Positions 59,820-64,000 of a DNA stretch of 64,000 nt are shown piece by piece; position 1 is the first letter of the stretch; every line of letters starts with the position of its first letter. This DNA comes from Geosiphon pyriformis uo1 (lineage: Eukaryota > Fungi > Glomeromycota): the NCBI GenBank assembly GCA_016748015.1, contig JAAOMT010000630.1:124001-188000 (forward strand). Reading direction: 5' to 3'. The translations under genes and the position numbers were made by a program. The notes under the pieces are model-generated. The model searched no databases and had not been told where the DNA came from. It saw only the letters and a program-made list of their open reading frames with translations.

Positions 59820-62479
59820 ATGGTACAAGCAGCTTTTCGTATTTTTCAGACAAGTAAATTTGCAAAAGGTGAATGGATTTTTTTTTGAGGTTAAAAATGC
59901 CCAGAATCCCTTTTTTAGCATGGACGTAAACGTGTAAAACCTAGCCCAGAGATAGAACGCCTCAGAAAAGAAAAGGAGGCAGTAAAGATTAATGAGTATA
60001 ACGAGCTAGTAGACTCTTGTTTGAATAAGGTTGGTCTTTAAGTGAGCTTTTATTTGGCAAAGTTTAATTTAACTTCTATATATTTCTGATCTGGTTCTCT
60101 TGATTAGAAAGTAAAAAAAGAATTTGATGCGATAGCTTTCAATTTTACTACAAAAATTCTTGCCCAGAATCCTGATTTTTACACAATCTGGAATTTTAGG
60201 AGAAACATCTTAATTTATGGTCTCTTAAAAGACGCGTGGGTATATAAGAACCCCTTGATCAATGCAAAATTTTCATTTTTGTTACTCATAGATTTTGTCA
60301 AATTAACTCTTTAGCACAACACATCAAAAGCAAGAAACATTTTCTGACGAGCTGGGTTTCCTACAAGCCATTTTTAAATTGAACCCTAAATCGTATTGGA
60401 TTTTCAACCATCGCCGATGGTGTCTTCAGAATATGCCAGCTCCTGATTGGCAAAAAGAATTATCTTTAGTGGAAAAGATGTTGGAACTGGATTCAAGAAA
60501 TTGTAAGCTGGGTTTTTCCTTTATCAGAGTATCTTTTCGAGTACGTTACGCTTATCCATTTTGATCAACTCAAGTCCATGGCTGGGATTATCGCCGCTAC
60601 GTGGCCTCCCAACTTTCATTTTCTGTAAATACCGATTCTGATAAAACAGAAACGCTCATTCAGACTCAATTTAATTTCACCACCACCAAGATCAATCAGA
60701 ATTTTTCTAATTATTCTGCGTGGCATCAACGCAGCAAAATGCTGCCACGTCTCATTGAAGAAAGAAATATGGATGATGAGGAGAAAAAAATAATTATTGA
60801 TAAAGGTTTTGTTATAAAAAAGTGCCGATTTGGAAGTCCCAGTAATATTCAACTAAATAATATTTTGCGATTAGAATTTGACCTGATAAGATCGGCTATC
60901 TATACGGATCCAGATGATCAAAGCGCTTGGCTTTATCACTGGTGGCTAGTTGGAAGAGGTTGGTCTAATTGATAAAACCCATGACGCCAATAACTATATA
61001 AATTTTGTGTTTTAATTCAGCTTGAACTGGATATAGAAATGTACCATATATCGGTCTTAGGAGCATATTTTGATCCGAAAGAACGGGAGATAATACTCGC
61101 TTTCGATGATGAAATTGGCATGATGACTCCTTTTCTTGTCACGCATGGTCACGAAGAAAATAATGATTACCTTATAGTAAAAGGAAAATGGCGTCCCGCT
61201 GGAGGGGTATCAAAACATGACCAACTAAACGCTGATCGATTATACGGATTCGTTTGGATATTCAATTTGGAAACAGAGAATTTGAAACCATTGGCCCTCA
61301 CAGTTACTATAGAACCCTCTTGGATAATTCCCTCGCATTCTGAGGCCAGTCTCACACATAAATTCCAAAAGAACGTTTACATAATAGATACGGGTTTGGG
61401 TGGGCTGACAATTAAATAATATTTTGCAAAATTTTATCGTCAAATAATCTCATGCTCATTTTATGATCTTTTAGAATTACCAATATTGGCGACTACAGTT
61501 GCGCAAGCAAAACTAGTTGAAACATTAATTGTACCTACACTTGATACGCTACCAATAGCAGCTTTGGAACGTATTAATCTCTTAAAACGAGAGATTAATG
61601 TGATCAAAGAACTACTCGAATTAGAACCAGATAGCAAATGTAAGTGGAATATTTCAAAGCATCACGAATCTCACGGCAATCGTATAAAAAAATCGTTTGG
61701 ATTTAATGTGTAGGGTGCTTGCAGGCCTTGATAAATTTACAAAGTGAGCTCAAATATGCCTCAATGTTAAATTCTGAAGAAGCAGATAAGATAGATGAAG
61801 AGATTGTGAAGTATTGTGATCATCTAATCAAAATTGATAACCTTAGAGCCAAAAGATTCGAAGACAGGCGTTAGTGTATTTATCCTTGTTGTTTTAAAAA
61901 TTAGTTATAGAAAAAAGGCTTAATTTATTTTACATTCATTTAGGCTCCAGAGTGATTTTTGAAAGAAAAACTAGATCACTTGTTCAACGTGCACCGGAAG
62001 CCCCAAAAGAGTTCGTTTTTAGCCAAACGGTAATTGACTCGTCAGCCCCACAGTCACCATACACACCTCCACCACAAACGTCAATATCATTCAGATCCAA
62101 TGGGTTAACCTTAATTCCAACACCCTCTATTCTCTTGCTCATTTTTGATTTGGATTTGTCGCACAATAAGCTTATTTCAATGTCCTTTCTCGCCAATCTC
62201 ATTAATCTTCGTGAAGTCAACCTCAGTTATAATTTAATCTCCGAAATTGAGGGCTTGCGAGAATTAAGATTTTTGAGAAAGCTGAATCTTTGCGCGAACT
62301 TAATCTCCAGCTGGAAATCAATAAAAGAAGAATTGATCAACCGAGGTCAAACCCGGGAGGAAAATTGTAAAATCCACCTTCATGGAAATCCTATCAATGA
62401 TAGGGATCCTAGTGGTTCATTGAATGGAGATATTAAAAAAATGGTACCGTGGGTTGAAATCATTACCCAGATAGTTTGA
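59820..62479 (+). CDS. BET4: Rab geranylgeranyltransferase type II alpha subunit with Ig-like insert and C-terminal LRRs, 10 exons
   Basis: ATG|intron|HGRKR; NPDFYTIWNFRR, NPKSYWIFNHRRW, DSRNFHGWDYRR, NFSNYSAWHQR, YTDPDDQSAWLY, ELLELEPDSKW; LRRs LDLSHNKL, VNLSYNLI, LNLCANLI. Confidence 0.92.
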
Positions 62480-62749
62480 TACCCTACATTCGATATTTGT
62501 CAAACGCCACCAGTATTTTCAAGCAACAAATTCTTTAAGAACGTCATTATGTTTTGAGAATAATCCAAATAGGTCATTTTTTATTAAAAATGATGGTCAA
62601 ATTGTTGTAAGGTCTTTTGGGTTCCAAAATCTTCGTTCTAATATATAATTTTTCTAGATTGCAGTGTTATTAGAAAGTTTTATTGTTTTTGTAAAATCAA
62701 CACACTTATTAAATCTTGATCGAGATATATTACAATGAAACAAGTGTTT

Positions 62750-64000
62750 TCAAAAAATTTAATTATATTAAATTAAGATGTTAAATTTTTTTGTTGTAAA
62801 TATTAATTATTGTTTGATTTGTAATAACCAAAAAATAAATTTTTGACTTTAAAATATATAGCAATCTTATTTTATTTTTTTAATATTTTATGTTACTTGT
62901 TTTATTAACAAAAAATTTTATTTAATTAACTTTAAAAATAAATAACTATTATAATAAAGTTTTATTTGTAAAATTTCAAATTTTGATTTATTTATTTTTT
63001 AATAAAGTATAATTTTATTATTATTTAACAATTTTTAAAATATATATGTTTAATAATAAATGTAATTTATGTATTTTTTACATAGCCAGTTACTTAAATT
63101 TATATTAAGTAAAATTAAAAACCAAAAACAGCTTTTTAATATTAAACTTATTAATAATATAATTTAAAATAAAATAATTTTTTAATATTGTTTATTTAAA
63201 TTTTGGTTTTTTTCTTATTAAAATTAGTTTTTAAAATTTATATTTATATTTTAATTTAATTATATTAATATTATTAATATTATAAAGCTGATTTTATAAT
63301 ATATATAAAATTTAATATATTTTTTTATTTAAAAATATAAATATAAATTTATATATTAATTAATATTAATATAAATAATTTAATTAAAGATTATTTTCTT
63401 AAAAGTTTTTAGCTAATAAATAATAATTTTATTTAAATAATAAATTATAAGTATTTTTTTAAGTAAATTTTTATAATTTAATATTATATTATTATAAATT
63501 AAAGTAGTAAACTAATAAATAACAAAAAAAACTATTAAAAATAATTAAAATAATTAAAAAAAAATTAAATTAAAAAAGTAAATTAAATTTGTAAAAATCT
63601 AATATATATAATTAATTTTAAAATTATAATTACTTGAATTTTTTTGAAAAATAAAAAAATAAAAAAATAGTTTATGATTATTAATAAAATAATAATAATA
63701 TTATTATTTTATGTCTTATTTAAGAATTTTTTTTATTTTTTATTTAACAAATATAACTTAATTATTATCTAATACAATACAACTATATAAAGTTTTAAAT
63801 TAAATATAATTTACATATTTTTTACATATAATCAGCTATTTAATTAATTAAAATAATATTACACGACTAAATTAACAAAAACATTATTATTTATATTAGT
63901 ATAAAATAATAATTAATTCTAAAACCAAAATAAATAGCTTAATCTTTTACTATTTTTAATAATTATCTAATATTCTTTAAAAAACTAATCAATAGTTTTT
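62750..64000. other. Extremely AT-rich eroded repeat relic
   Basis: G/C nearly absent and no ORFs; same texture as the other relics. Confidence 0.5.

Overview
Eukaryotic fungal genomic DNA. The gene set, short introns and TE families suggest an early-diverging fungus, most like Glomeromycota; this is inference, not a database result. Positions 1-42.6 kb are a nest of decayed, CpG-depleted, C>T/G>A-eroded transposons. The nest holds four Ty3/Gypsy families (two elements with both LTRs, one of them carrying a dUTPase), a solo LTR inside a hAT relic, a full-length RNase H-bearing LINE with poly(A) and TSD, and further LINE relics. Positions 42.6-62.5 kb are a CpG-retaining gene island: a 5'-incomplete RRP12, PRP8 (minus strand, no intein), RPN8, VPS4 and an Ig/LRR-type Rab geranylgeranyltransferase alpha subunit, broken by extremely AT-rich relic tracts. 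Main findings: (1) a predicted 2-nt microexon (TG) in PRP8 that restores the conserved MDLCQ; (2) a RIP-like, all-context C>T hypermutation signature confined to repeats; (3) Gypsy elements with a dUTPase, Cys-rich pol inserts and an unassigned ORF between integrase and the 3' LTR; (4) a highly structured VPS4 intron; (5) an RRP12 lacking its N-terminal half. All coordinates and counts were derived by hand.
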